Positions 38,614-48,481 are shown, counted from the stretch's first letter. The stretch: 64,000 nt of DNA from Candidatus Bathyarchaeota archaeon (GCA_963832745.1 CAWHVC010000001.1:256001-320000); one strand, 5' to 3'. Translations and numbers: made by a program. The notes: generated by a model from the sequence alone, not told the origin.

Positions 38614-39336
38614 CCCTGCCTGCTTTAAACTGGCAACGCTTATTTTTCCTGTGTGTAAAGCCGTAGCCAACAGCACACCTGAAATGCCTAACTTCTTTAG
38701 CTCCAACAAATCAGCGATGTCACGTATGCCTCCACCCACGTAAACGCTGTCTTCCAGAATGGCCAACGCTTCCTTGATAAAGTCCACGTTAACTCCTTCG
38801 CCGCTGCCTACCCGAGCCAAATCCAACAAGACAAAATCCAAAACACCCATCGACCTGAACTCCTCAAGAAGCTTTAGCGCATCGTTTGCACCATAATAAT
38901 TGGGTTGTGTCAGCACCATGCCTTCTTTCATGTCGAGGCTGACAATCACATTGTTTGCGCCAAGCTGCTGAACAGCCTCTTTGATGAAACCTTGTGTTTT
39001 AAGGGTTTCAGTGCCGATAATGATTTTTGTGACGCCGCTGCTTTTGAGCGCCTTTGCTGTTTGGGTATCGGTTACTCCAGCATCAACCAGTAGTTTAAGC
39101 CCTGTCCTGCTTGCAATGCGGCTGTAAACTGTAAGGTCACGCCTTTCGTTCAGTATAGCATCGAGGTCAGCAAGATAAAGCTCACTAAACCCAAGCGTTT
39201 TAAAAGCTACGGCCACTTCGAGGGGGTCAACAGAGGCGGTTAAGATACTTTTCAGCGGTTGATACTCGTCCCGTTTTCCCCTGACCGCATGCACAGCGGC
39301 ACCGTTAAGAACGTCGATAACCGGAATAATCTTCAA
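38605..39336 (-). CDS. HisA/HisF-related TIM-barrel protein of the C1-cofactor (H4MPT/methanofuran) gene neighbourhood
   Basis: KIIPVIDVLNGAAVHAVRGKRDEYQP, YLADLDAI, LDLARVGSGEG, GGGIR; TTG start after a GGGGG SD. Confidence 0.85.
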   Translation of the reverse strand: MKIIPVIDVLNGAAVHAVRGKRDEYQPLKSILTASVDPLEVAVAFKTLGFSELYLADLDAILNERRDLTVYSRIASRTGLKLLVDAGVTDTQTAKALKSSGVTKIIIGTETLKTQGFIKEAVQQLGANNVIVSLDMKEGMVLTQPNYYGANDALKLLEEFRSMGVLDFVLLDLARVGSGEGVNVDFIKEALAILEDSVYVGGGIRDIADLLELKKLGISGVLLATALHTGKISVASLKQAGLL

Positions 39337-39437
39337 ACTTGCAGCCCCCTTGACAATTAAGGGGGTCATATAAAAAAAGGTAGCCGTGGCATCGCAAAAG
39401 TTTAAAGCCATAAAAAACGGGTTCATTATGACCCAAA

Positions 39438-40166
39438 GTGAAGTTGTTAATAAGCCCCCAAAACACGCAGGAAGCCAAGGAAGCCATAGCAGGCGGTGCC
39501 GACATTATTGACGTTAAAAACCCCAAAGAGGGGCCATTGGGCGCTAATTTTCCGTGGGTCATCAAAGAAATTAAACAGCTCATCCCAGAAGGGGTTGCGT
39601 TGAGTTGCACGTTGGGTGAGGCGGCGACTTTGCCGGGGTCAATGGCTTTGGCAGCTTACGGTGCTGCTTCATTAGGTGTTGATTATGTTAAAGCGGGGCT
39701 TAGCGGAGTACAAACGGTTCAACAAGCAGTAAACCTGCTTGGAAGCATTGTTCGGGCAGCGAAAATGTGCAATCCAAAAATTAAAGTGGTCGCAGCAGGT
39801 TACGGCGACTACCTTAGAGCAGACTCGATTGAACCCCAACTTGTTGTGCACGCTGCGTTTGTAGCCAAAGCTGATTTAGCCATGCTTGACACTGCAGTAA
39901 AAGATGACAAAAACTTATTCGATTTTCAGTCACCCCAACAGCTTCAGGCTTTTGTTAACGCCGCACATGAGCATGGTTTAGGCGCTGCGTTGGCGGGTTC
40001 ACTTCGGGCGCAGGAACTACCGATTGTTTACGGGTTAGGCACGGATTTTGTTGGGTTGCGTGGGGCAGCCTGTTCAAACAACAACCGTAACACCGGACAC
40101 ATTACCAACGAACGTGTTAGCGAACTTGTGGAGATTATTAGGCAAGCCTCGAAGGAGAGGACATAA
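39438..40166 (+). CDS. mfnB: (5-formylfuran-3-yl)methyl phosphate synthase
   Basis: LLISP..EA..GGADIIDVKNPKEGPLGANFPW, DYVKAG, MLDTAVKD, ALAGSL, GLRGAAC. Confidence 0.95.
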   Translation: MKLLISPQNTQEAKEAIAGGADIIDVKNPKEGPLGANFPWVIKEIKQLIPEGVALSCTLGEAATLPGSMALAAYGAASLGVDYVKAGLSGVQTVQQAVNLLGSIVRAAKMCNPKIKVVAAGYGDYLRADSIEPQLVVHAAFVAKADLAMLDTAVKDDKNLFDFQSPQQLQAFVNAAHEHGLGAALAGSLRAQELPIVYGLGTDFVGLRGAACSNNNRNTGHITNERVSELVEIIRQASKERT

Positions 40167-40167
40167 C

Positions 40168-41304
40168 CTGCAAACTAAAGGTCTGAGCAGAAAAACCATT
40201 TTAGACCAGCTTAAACACGCTTATGAAGAAGACCAAAGATATGATGACGGCAGAATCCTTTGCTCCATGTGCACCAAACCGCCGTCTTTGGCTAAAAAAG
40301 CTCACGAAATGTTCCTAAATGCTAACCTTGGCGACCCTGGATTGTTTACGGGCAGTGCAAAACTCGAAAAAGAAGTGGTCGGCATGCTGTCAGAGCTTCT
40401 TAACGGAGTTAACTCGGCGGGTTTTTTGGTTTCAGGCGGAACCGAAGCAAACCTGCTTGCCCTACTTGCAGCCCGTAACATGGCGGGGGTTGAAGCTCCA
40501 GAGGTTGTGTTGCCTGAATCTGTGCATTTTTCGTTTGAAAAAATTTGCCGTTTACTGAAAATAAAACCTGTTTATGCATGTTTGGATGACAAGTTCCGTG
40601 TTGATTGTCGCGCCATGGAGAAGCTTGTTAACAAAAACACAATTGCCATTGTTGGTTCTGCTGGATCATCGGAGCTTGGCACGGTTGACCCTATCCGTGA
40701 GCTGGCAGAAATTGGGTCTAAGCTGGGCGTATGGTTGCATGTTGATGCGGCGTTTGGCGGCTTGGTGATTCCATTTCTTAGTGACTCAAAACTCGAGTTT
40801 GATTTTCGATTAGATGGTGTACAATCCATAACTGTTGACCCACACAAGATGGGGCTAGCACCAGTTCCGGCAGGTGGCATTCTCTTTCGAAATACCAAAG
40901 CACTCAACTACATCAAAACAGAAACACCCTACTTAACGAACGGTGCTCAATACACGTTTGTCGGCACAAGAACCGGCGCTTCAGCAGCGGCAACCTGGGC
41001 AGTCTTCAAAAGTTTGGGCAGAGAAGGCTTCCAGAAAAACGTTAATGAATGCATGCGAAACACCAAACGTCTCTGCAAGGGCGTAGAAACGTTAGGTTTT
41101 AGGTTGCTTGCTGCGCCGACACTTAACATTCTCGCTTTCCGTTCTAGTAACACGAAGGTTTTGGCTGACCGCCTGAGCCATTGCGGTTGGTTTATTTCCT
41201 ACGTACCACGCCTTGACTGCATCCGAATCGTAGTGATGCCCCACATAAAACGCAAGCATATAGACGCTTTTCTGGCCGATTTAAGCCGATTAACAAACGC
41301 ATAA
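40168..41304 (+). CDS. mfnA: L-tyrosine/L-aspartate decarboxylase (PLP-dependent)
   Basis: ILCSMCT, NLGDPGLF, SGGTEAN, HFSFEK, HVDAAFGG, DPHKMG; start placed at the CTG right after the mfnB stop. Confidence 0.93.
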   Translation: MQTKGLSRKTILDQLKHAYEEDQRYDDGRILCSMCTKPPSLAKKAHEMFLNANLGDPGLFTGSAKLEKEVVGMLSELLNGVNSAGFLVSGGTEANLLALLAARNMAGVEAPEVVLPESVHFSFEKICRLLKIKPVYACLDDKFRVDCRAMEKLVNKNTIAIVGSAGSSELGTVDPIRELAEIGSKLGVWLHVDAAFGGLVIPFLSDSKLEFDFRLDGVQSITVDPHKMGLAPVPAGGILFRNTKALNYIKTETPYLTNGAQYTFVGTRTGASAAATWAVFKSLGREGFQKNVNECMRNTKRLCKGVETLGFRLLAAPTLNILAFRSSNTKVLADRLSHCGWFISYVPRLDCIRIVVMPHIKRKHIDAFLADLSRLTNA

Positions 41305-41353
41305 AGAAAAAGGTTTAAACTCTGCACCCCTTCATGGTTGTTAGGGTATTTAT

Positions 41354-42565
41354 TTGAATGTTTTAATCTATGAACATGCGTGCGGAGGAGGCTATGCTGA
41401 AGGGGCAGTCTCTCCAGGAATTTTAGCGGAGGGCTTTGGCATGCTTCGTTCATGCGTCTCCAACCTAAAAGCAGCAGGTTACGAAGTCACGGTTATACTT
41501 GACGAGGGTCTATCGAGACTGAACCCGCCAATTCAAGCCGACTGCATTATTCCGATTTTCAATTTTAAAGAGGCGCAACAAGCAATCTTGAAAGCCTGCG
41601 TAGACATCGACGCTGCCTACGTCATCGCGCCTGAAACCGGTGGAACACTACATGCGTTGGTCGAGTTTATTGAACAGAACGGTGTACCTCTGCTTAACAG
41701 CCGTTCAAACGCTATTCGTACAGTTTCCGACAAAGCTGCTCTGTACGAGACCCTTAAAGCTAACAAATTAAAAACGCCCAAAACTGTCCGAATTAATGTT
41801 GGCCGATACGTTAAGGAATCAATATTGAGCAAGTTCGAGTTTCCAGTTGTCTTTAAACCCGTTGACGGCGTAGGCTGCAGCGGTTTAAGCATTGTAAAGG
41901 AGGCATCGCAGGTTGATGGCGCCATAGAGAAGATTGATGCCGAACTTGCAAGCGAAACTTTCATGGTCCAAGAATATCTTGAAGGCGAAACTGTAAGCGT
42001 CAGCATGCTTTGCACTGGCACCAAATCCCTGCCGGTCAGCCTTAACCAGCAAAATGTTACACTTTCTACTCCTGATGCGGCTTCCTGCTATGTCGGTGGC
42101 TGCACACCTTTTGAGCATGAAATGAAAAAGAAAGCCTTCAAAACCGCTGAGAAGGTTATAAGCTGCTTTCCAGGGCTCAAAGGCTATGTTGGTGTTGATT
42201 TAATTTTGACAGAGAAGGGCCCAGTAGTAGTTGATGTTAACCCACGGTTGACAACCTCGTTCATTGGGTTAAGCCGCGTTGCAAGCTTCAATTTTGGTGA
42301 TGCCATCGCTAAAGCTGCACTTAAAAACGATTTGCCCAGCAAAGCAGCCCTTTCCGGGTACGCTTGCTTTACTAAAATTGAAACTCCCAAAGCCGACCTT
42401 GACGTTTTAGGCAAACTGTATGAACTGGCTGGTGTAGTTTCTCCGCCTTTCCCAGTACAGGACAGCGAGGTAGGTTGCGCTTTAGTTTCAGTAGAGGGTA
42501 ACTCTTTGGCTGAAGCATGCGTTTTGCTCGAAGAAGCTAAAAAGCGCGTGTTAGACATTATTTAA
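41354..42565 (+). CDS. mfnD: Tyramine--L-glutamate ligase (ATP-grasp)
   Basis: EGFGML, IAPETGG, KPVDGVG, QEYLEG..SVS, GYVGVD, VNPRLTTS; operon context. Confidence 0.88.
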   Translation: MNVLIYEHACGGGYAEGAVSPGILAEGFGMLRSCVSNLKAAGYEVTVILDEGLSRLNPPIQADCIIPIFNFKEAQQAILKACVDIDAAYVIAPETGGTLHALVEFIEQNGVPLLNSRSNAIRTVSDKAALYETLKANKLKTPKTVRINVGRYVKESILSKFEFPVVFKPVDGVGCSGLSIVKEASQVDGAIEKIDAELASETFMVQEYLEGETVSVSMLCTGTKSLPVSLNQQNVTLSTPDAASCYVGGCTPFEHEMKKKAFKTAEKVISCFPGLKGYVGVDLILTEKGPVVVDVNPRLTTSFIGLSRVASFNFGDAIAKAALKNDLPSKAALSGYACFTKIETPKADLDVLGKLYELAGVVSPPFPVQDSEVGCALVSVEGNSLAEACVLLEEAKKRVLDII

Positions 42566-42568
42566 CTG

Positions 42569-43639
42569 GTGAATGCAGTTTTGGTTACTGTGTTGGGGTT
42601 AGATATTGGTGGCGCTAACACTAAAGCCGCTTATGTTCAAACTCAAAACGGTGCGATTAAAGAGGTTAAGATTGAAGTAGAATATTTTCCGGTTTGGAAG
42701 GAACCGCAAAACCTCACCGAAATTCTATGCAAACTTAAAGCGGGGGTTTTCGGGGGTAAACTTGATGCATTGGGCGTAACAATGACTGCAGAACTTTCTG
42801 ATGCATACAAAACTAAACATGAAGGCGTAACGCACATTTTGGGCTGTGTTAAAGATGCTTTTTCTGATGTGCCCAATTACGTTTTAAACACCGATGCCAA
42901 GTTAGTAACCCCAAAAGAAGCCACTGAAGCACCGCTAGAAGTTGCTGCTGCCAATTGGGCTGCGACAGGCTGGCTTGTTTCTCAATACTTTGAAAACTGC
43001 GTCGTTGTTGACATTGGCAGCACAAGTACCAGCATCATCCCGGTGACCTCGGGCAAGATTTCAGCAGAAGGCAAAACCGACCTCGACAAACTCATCTGTG
43101 GAGAATTGGTTTACACTGGCAGTTTACGTACGAATTTGGCGGCTATTGTGCAGTCTGTCCCAGTTAAAGGCTCCGTTGCCATGGTTTCCTCAGAATTGTT
43201 TGCATTAAGCGGCGACGTTCACCTTATTCTTGGCAACGTCACCAGCGAGCAATACACGAGCGAGACTGCGGATGGCAAAGGAAGAAGTCGCCGAGAAGCC
43301 TTCACACGTCTTGCACGACTGGTCTGCGCCGACACTGAAATGCTAACCGAAAAAGAACTTGCCACAATAGCTCAATACATTTACGAAAAACAAGTCCAGC
43401 AGGTAACAGCGGGTTTAAGCCAAGTCTATAAACGCGCCAAAAAGGCGGCGTCAACTAAGGTGCCTGTTTTGGTTGCAGGTTTGGGAAAAGATTTTCTAGC
43501 CCATAAAGCCGCTGAGCGGATTGGAGTTGATGTGGTAATGGATTTAGGTGACTTGCTGCCAAAAGGGGTTTCGTTGGCTGTTCCAGCGGTGGGCGTTGCG
43601 TTGATGGCTGCTAAACGTGTTGAGGGCGAAAAATCATGA
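42569..43639 (+). CDS. mfnF: Methanofuran pathway furan transferase (hydantoinase/oxoprolinase-like)
   Basis: GLDIGGANTK, TMTAELSD, AAANW, DIGSTSTSIIP, ELVYTGSLRT, RLARLVCAD. Confidence 0.9.
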   Translation: MNAVLVTVLGLDIGGANTKAAYVQTQNGAIKEVKIEVEYFPVWKEPQNLTEILCKLKAGVFGGKLDALGVTMTAELSDAYKTKHEGVTHILGCVKDAFSDVPNYVLNTDAKLVTPKEATEAPLEVAAANWAATGWLVSQYFENCVVVDIGSTSTSIIPVTSGKISAEGKTDLDKLICGELVYTGSLRTNLAAIVQSVPVKGSVAMVSSELFALSGDVHLILGNVTSEQYTSETADGKGRSRREAFTRLARLVCADTEMLTEKELATIAQYIYEKQVQQVTAGLSQVYKRAKKAASTKVPVLVAGLGKDFLAHKAAERIGVDVVMDLGDLLPKGVSLAVPAVGVALMAAKRVEGEKS

Positions 43640-44313
43640 CCGTTGTGGTTGTAAAGGTTGGTGGTAGCCTGTCTCAGGACCCTGAAAAGTTAAGAGCATT
43701 ATGTAGAAGGTTAAACCAGCTTGCCAAGACCCAGCGGATTGTGGTGGTTCCGGGCGGGGGAGAGTTTGCGGATTGTGTTCGTGCGTTGGATAAGCGGTTT
43801 GCTTTATCGGCGGCGGTGGCGCATCATATGGCGATTTTGGGCATGGATCAGTATGGCTTGCTACTTTCAGACTTAATACCCAATTGTCAAGTGGTGAACA
43901 GTTTAGAAGAAGTTAAAAACGTCAGTGTTGGACGGGTAGTAGTGTTTTTGCCTTCTACGTTTATGTTTTTTGATGACGGTTTGCCGAATTCTTGGGAAGT
44001 AACCTCGGATTCGATTGCAGCATACATTGCAGGTAAACTAAAAGCAGAACAAATATTACTAATGAAAGATGTAGGCGGAATATACACTGATGACCCAAAA
44101 AAGAATCCACAAGCAAAGCTGCTTGAGAAACTAACAGTAGTGGAACTTTCTAAGTTGAAGGGGAAAACCTGTGTGGATGCTTACCTGCCTAAGCTACTTG
44201 AAACGTTACAGCTTGATTGCTATGTCTTGAATGGTTTTCATACAGAAAATATTGAAGGTGTTTTAGGAAGGCAAAAGACGGCTGGCACAGTTATTTGGCG
44301 CGAATTTTTATAG
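43636..44313 (+). CDS. mfnE: [5-(aminomethyl)furan-3-yl]methyl phosphate kinase (amino-acid kinase fold)
   Basis: VKVGGSL, VPGGGEFAD, AHHMAILGMDQYG, SWEVTSDSIAA; ATGA overlap with mfnF. Confidence 0.88.
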   Translation: MTVVVVKVGGSLSQDPEKLRALCRRLNQLAKTQRIVVVPGGGEFADCVRALDKRFALSAAVAHHMAILGMDQYGLLLSDLIPNCQVVNSLEEVKNVSVGRVVVFLPSTFMFFDDGLPNSWEVTSDSIAAYIAGKLKAEQILLMKDVGGIYTDDPKKNPQAKLLEKLTVVELSKLKGKTCVDAYLPKLLETLQLDCYVLNGFHTENIEGVLGRQKTAGTVIWREFL

Positions 44314-44335
44314 GACTCGCTGCCCATTTTCAATT

Positions 44336-45181
44336 ATGGAATCTTCTGTTGTTGCTGTAGTAAAAGGTTCGCGTGGTCATGAACCAGTTTTTAAAGCTCT
44401 TGATATAGTTGATTACAAGAAAGTTTTAACCGGCTATAGCACGGTGCTTGTTAAGGTCAATTTTATCTGTGATAAAACTTGGGACACCGGAGCCACCACT
44501 GACCCGCTTGTCGTGGAAGCAATCATTATGAAACTTAAGGAGTTGCCAGTAAAAATTATAGTTGTCGAATCTGATGCGTCCATCACAAACGCGGACAAGG
44601 CCTTTGAAGCAACTGGCATGAAGGAAATGTGTATACGTAACGGGGTTGAATGGCTAAACCTGCGGCATGTTGAGGACAAGGTTAAACTGAAAATTCCAAA
44701 CGGCGAAACCCTAAAAGACATAACCGTGCCAAAACTCGTCACTGAATCCGCCGTAATCAGCGCCGCCAAACTAAAAACCCACATGGCAACCACAGTCACG
44801 TTAGGCATGAAAAACATGTTTGGCCTGTTGCCTGACAAGTTCAAAATGAAATATCACGCCAGAGGCATAAGTGATGTCATTTTAGACATAAACACTATAC
44901 TTAAACCCACATTAACAGTTGTTGACGGTTTTGTCGGCATGGAGGGACGCGGTCCAACAGACGGCGAACCAGTGCAAATGGATTTGATAATTGCTGGAAC
45001 TGACCCGGTTGCGACCGACGCGGCGTGCTGCAAAATCATGGGCATAGACCCAACTCAGGTCAAGCATATACGGAAAGCTGCTGAGAAAGGTTTGGGAAAA
45101 CTTGAAGCTGAAGTTGTCGGTGAAAAAGTAGAAGCTGTTGCAAAGCCGTTCAAAAAAGCCAAAGCCGATAAGAAAAAATAG
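44336..45181 (+). CDS. DUF362-domain protein
   Basis: VLVKVNF, ATTDP, KLKTH, TLGMKNMFG, MEGRGP, DPVATD. Confidence 0.88.
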   Translation: MESSVVAVVKGSRGHEPVFKALDIVDYKKVLTGYSTVLVKVNFICDKTWDTGATTDPLVVEAIIMKLKELPVKIIVVESDASITNADKAFEATGMKEMCIRNGVEWLNLRHVEDKVKLKIPNGETLKDITVPKLVTESAVISAAKLKTHMATTVTLGMKNMFGLLPDKFKMKYHARGISDVILDINTILKPTLTVVDGFVGMEGRGPTDGEPVQMDLIIAGTDPVATDAACCKIMGIDPTQVKHIRKAAEKGLGKLEAEVVGEKVEAVAKPFKKAKADKKK

Positions 45182-45250
45182 CCAACCTATTTGGTTCCTA
45201 TTAGAAATTGTATGCAGAAACCTATAGAGGGTAGGTTGGATAGGCTGAAA
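45181..45250 (+). repeat. Dispersed intergenic repeat copy with an 8-bp inverted repeat
   Basis: Matches the reverse complement of 2184-2252; CCAACCTA (45182-45189) pairs with TAGGTTGG (45232-45239). Confidence 0.75.
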
Positions 45251-45325
45251 AACTGCTCATTAATACGTTGAATTCAAAGGTCCGTATACAAAAGCATCAC
45301 CCAAACATAGAAAAAACGGGGCAGG

Positions 45326-46141
45326 TCAAAGTTTTTTGTATACAAGCGTCAACAAGAAAAAAGCAACCAACACAAACACGATAACCCCAGCTGTAACTAC
45401 GTTAAACATTGCAGAAACCATGATTCCGACTGCCGTACTTAATGTGCTAAAAAGTACAGTTGCCAATAACGTCCGCTTAAATGAAAAGTTCAGTTTTAGA
45501 GCACAGAGCCCAGGAATTACCAGAAGCGCGACTACAAGGATAGTGCCGATAACTTTTATTGATAAAACGATTGTAACAGCTATCAGTAAATCGAAAATTA
45601 CCGTTAAATGCTTTGTCGGTATGCCCATTATACGTGAATCTTCTTCATCGAAAACCATAGAGAGCAATTCACGTCTGAAGAAACCGATAAACAGCAGAAC
45701 AAAAGCGCTTAAAACTGAAACCAGCATCAAATCTGAAAAATCAATAGTTAGTATTGACCCGAACAGATAATTGAATAATTCAACGTTGAACCCGCCTGCA
45801 ATGCTTATTGCTATTAAACCCGTTGAGAAGCCTAAAGCCAACATTACGGCTACGGCGGAATCGGAGGTTGCAATCTTTTTTCGACGCATGTAAGAAATGG
45901 CAAAAACTGCTAAAATTGAAACGCCTAAAGCAGTAAGTAAAGGATTAATCCCCACTAGAAGCCCTATAGCTATGCCGCCAAACGCGGTGTGCGAAAGTCC
46001 ATCGCCAATCATGGCTTCCTTCTTTAAAATCAAAAACAACCCAACTAAACCACAGACTATTGCAACGATGATACCGCCGATTAGGGCGTTCTGGAAGAAT
46101 TGGTACCCAAAAAGGTTAAACAGGTTAGCGCTCGTTAGCAA
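45326..46141 (-). CDS. znuB: Zn/Mn ABC transporter permease (ZnuB-like)
   Basis: GDGLSHTAFGG, YLFGSIL, FDEE..G, GTILVVALLVIP; TTG start after AGGAG. Confidence 0.92.
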   Translation of the reverse strand: MLTSANLFNLFGYQFFQNALIGGIIVAIVCGLVGLFLILKKEAMIGDGLSHTAFGGIAIGLLVGINPLLTALGVSILAVFAISYMRRKKIATSDSAVAVMLALGFSTGLIAISIAGGFNVELFNYLFGSILTIDFSDLMLVSVLSAFVLLFIGFFRRELLSMVFDEEDSRIMGIPTKHLTVIFDLLIAVTIVLSIKVIGTILVVALLVIPGLCALKLNFSFKRTLLATVLFSTLSTAVGIMVSAMFNVVTAGVIVFVLVAFFLLTLVYKKL

Positions 46142-46916
46142 AAACTCCTTCACAGTTATGTCTATGGAATACAAAATGGAAATGTTCACCGTATGCACGT
46201 TTAAGCAACATATTAGCGTCTAATTCTTGATTTATCGAGGCAATTTCGACTTTTCTGTTGATGCACATTACTTTTGACATTCGGCAGAAAACCGTTGCTA
46301 AATCGTGAGTTACAATTAGAATAGTTGTTTGACGTTCAATGTTTAGATCGCTTAGTTTTTTGTAGAATTTTTCTTGCGCATTCGAGTCCACTCCGACGAT
46401 TGGTTCGTCCAGCAAGATTAACTCGGGATTATGAGTCAAGGCTTTAGCGACAAACATCCGCTGTTTCTGTCCACCCGATAACTGACCAATACGCCTGTTT
46501 GCAACATCGCTTAAACCCATAAATTCAAGGTTTTCATCCACATTTTTCCAATCTTCACGCGTGAATTGCCTACCCAATTTGCCTTTTTTTATGCAACCCA
46601 GCGAGACAAGCTCTCGAACCGTTAAAGGAAACTGCTCTTCAAAACTCGTTGCATGCTGGGAGATATAAGCCACTTTTTCCCATGCCGAAAACTTGGAAAT
46701 ATCCACACCAAAAAGCCGTATGGAACCAGTTACGGTCGGTAAAAAGTTGAGAATTGCGCTTAAAAGGGTGGTTTTTCCGCCGCCGTTGGGTCCAACTACG
46801 CCTATATAGTCGCCTTTGGTAATCGAGAAATTTGCGCCTTCGATTACTGGTGTCCCGTTACGGTTAACGCCAAGGTTTTCTGCTTCTAAAATAGGGGTGG
46901 CTTGCTGCATGTTCAA
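46125..46916 (-). CDS. znuC: Zn/Mn ABC transporter ATP-binding protein (ZnuC-like)
   Basis: GPNGGGKT, LSGGQKQR, LDEP, His/Cys-rich tail HFHFVFHRHNC. Confidence 0.93.
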   Translation of the reverse strand: MNMQQATPILEAENLGVNRNGTPVIEGANFSITKGDYIGVVGPNGGGKTTLLSAILNFLPTVTGSIRLFGVDISKFSAWEKVAYISQHATSFEEQFPLTVRELVSLGCIKKGKLGRQFTREDWKNVDENLEFMGLSDVANRRIGQLSGGQKQRMFVAKALTHNPELILLDEPIVGVDSNAQEKFYKKLSDLNIERQTTILIVTHDLATVFCRMSKVMCINRKVEIASINQELDANMLLKRAYGEHFHFVFHRHNCEGVFANER

Positions 46917-46964
46917 TTTTCCGTCCTAACCCATTTTACCTTGCGCTTAATTAACTAGCACCAT

Positions 46965-47906
46965 TTAGGTTGCCTCTAAACCGGTTTGTAGGTTGGTAAG
47001 ATTTGTCTGCATTTGTGCCAAGTAATCCATGTTGTCTGTGGGGCCTAGCATTAGATACAAGTTAAGGACAGTTACGGTTTGACCTGTTTGTGTTTGAACT
47101 TCTGTTTTTATTGTTTGAATGTACTCACTTGAATATACGGGGTCAACGTAGAGAACGTAGATGTGGTGTTGCTCCATTTTTTCGACAATACCGGCTATGG
47201 TTGCAACGCTGGGTTGCTCGTCAGCTGATAAACCGATTACCCCATGTTGAGTAAACCCGTATCGGTAAGCCAAATATCCGAAGGCTTCATGAGAAGTGAA
47301 GATGTAGCTTTTGCTGGCGTTAGAAAGGGTAGACGAGTACTCTGTGTCTAATTGGTCAAGTCTTTGCTCCAGGTTGAGCCATCTTTGGGTGTAGTAATCT
47401 TCATGTTGCGGGTCCACTGTAACTAATGAGTTGTAAATATTTTCAGCCTGTTGTTTAGCCATGTAGGGACTAACCCACGTGTGAGGGTCATAGACTCCAT
47501 GTTCTTCGCCTGCATCGTTGTCTTGGTTTGCCACAAGGGATAACCCTGCGGTAGACTCAACGATTGTGCGATTATCGGCGTTTGACAAAGCTGGCAAAAC
47601 GTCATCTTCCATCCAGGGGTCTAAACCTGCGCCGTTGTAGATGATTATGTTTGCGTCTTCAGCAGCCATTATGTGTGATGCGGAGGGTTCCCAACCGTGG
47701 ATTTCAGTGTTGTTGGGGATTAGTTGTGTTATTTCAATTTGGTCTCCGCCGATTTCTTGAGCAAGGTATGTTAGGGGGTAAAAAGTGGTGACTATTTTTA
47801 GTTTGGTTGATGCTTGAGGGGTGTTCATCGTGTATGCGATTATGGAGATTGAGAGTATTGTTATGAGCGTGATGCTTGTTAGGAAGACTTTTTGGTTACG
47901 GTTCAT
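46965..47906 (-). CDS. znuA: Zn/Mn ABC substrate-binding protein (ZnuA/AdcA, cluster A-I)
   Basis: EIHGWEP, DPHTWVSP, HEAFGY ligand motifs. Confidence 0.93.
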   Translation of the reverse strand: MNRNQKVFLTSITLITILSISIIAYTMNTPQASTKLKIVTTFYPLTYLAQEIGGDQIEITQLIPNNTEIHGWEPSASHIMAAEDANIIIYNGAGLDPWMEDDVLPALSNADNRTIVESTAGLSLVANQDNDAGEEHGVYDPHTWVSPYMAKQQAENIYNSLVTVDPQHEDYYTQRWLNLEQRLDQLDTEYSSTLSNASKSYIFTSHEAFGYLAYRYGFTQHGVIGLSADEQPSVATIAGIVEKMEQHHIYVLYVDPVYSSEYIQTIKTEVQTQTGQTVTVLNLYLMLGPTDNMDYLAQMQTNLTNLQTGLEAT

Positions 47907-48029
47907 AACCTGTTTTCAACAAGCTAATTATTAAAGTTATTTAAAAATTTATTAACAATTGAGCACTTTAACCCAAAAGTTACTAAAAATTATTAATACA
48001 ACAACCCAACAATAACAACATGAACCAGT

Positions 48030-48437
48030 ATGACAGTAATCAGCCTATCTATCCCAGACAAACTAATCACACAAATCGATCAAACAATGAAAGAAAAAGG
48101 ATACGCAAGCAGATCTGAAATCGCACGCCAAGCCCTAAGACTATACTTAACAGAAGACCTAAAAATCGAAGACGTCAACGGTGAAGCTGTAGCCACAGTA
48201 ACCCTAATCTATAAAGAAAACGCAGACAGACGACGACTACTTGAAACCCAACACTTACACAGCGGATTAGTCTCAACCTTCCTTCACACTCACATACATG
48301 AAGGGTTCTGCATGGAAGTAATAATCCTAAAAGGACACGCCTCACTGATAAGAAAATTTATTGATAATCTTCGACAAAATGAGCAGATTATGCAAATAAA
48401 AGTTTCAGTCATAAATCAAGAACAAACAATACAATAA
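48030..48437 (+). CDS. NikR-family (RHH + ACT) metalloregulator
   Basis: VISLSIP..SRSEIARQALR RHH domain; QH...HTH....C metal site (equivalent to NikR H76/H87/H89/C95). Confidence 0.88.
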   Translation: MTVISLSIPDKLITQIDQTMKEKGYASRSEIARQALRLYLTEDLKIEDVNGEAVATVTLIYKENADRRRLLETQHLHSGLVSTFLHTHIHEGFCMEVIILKGHASLIRKFIDNLRQNEQIMQIKVSVINQEQTIQ

Positions 48438-48481
48438 AAAAAGAAAAAGCTACAAATTGTAGCCTGTTTTTTCTCGAAATT

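Noticed and set aside
40319-46223. Many antisense or alternative-frame ORFs over the mfn, DUF362 and znu genes (and similar shadows elsewhere)
   Set aside because: They lie within well-supported genes and lack motifs or translation signals.
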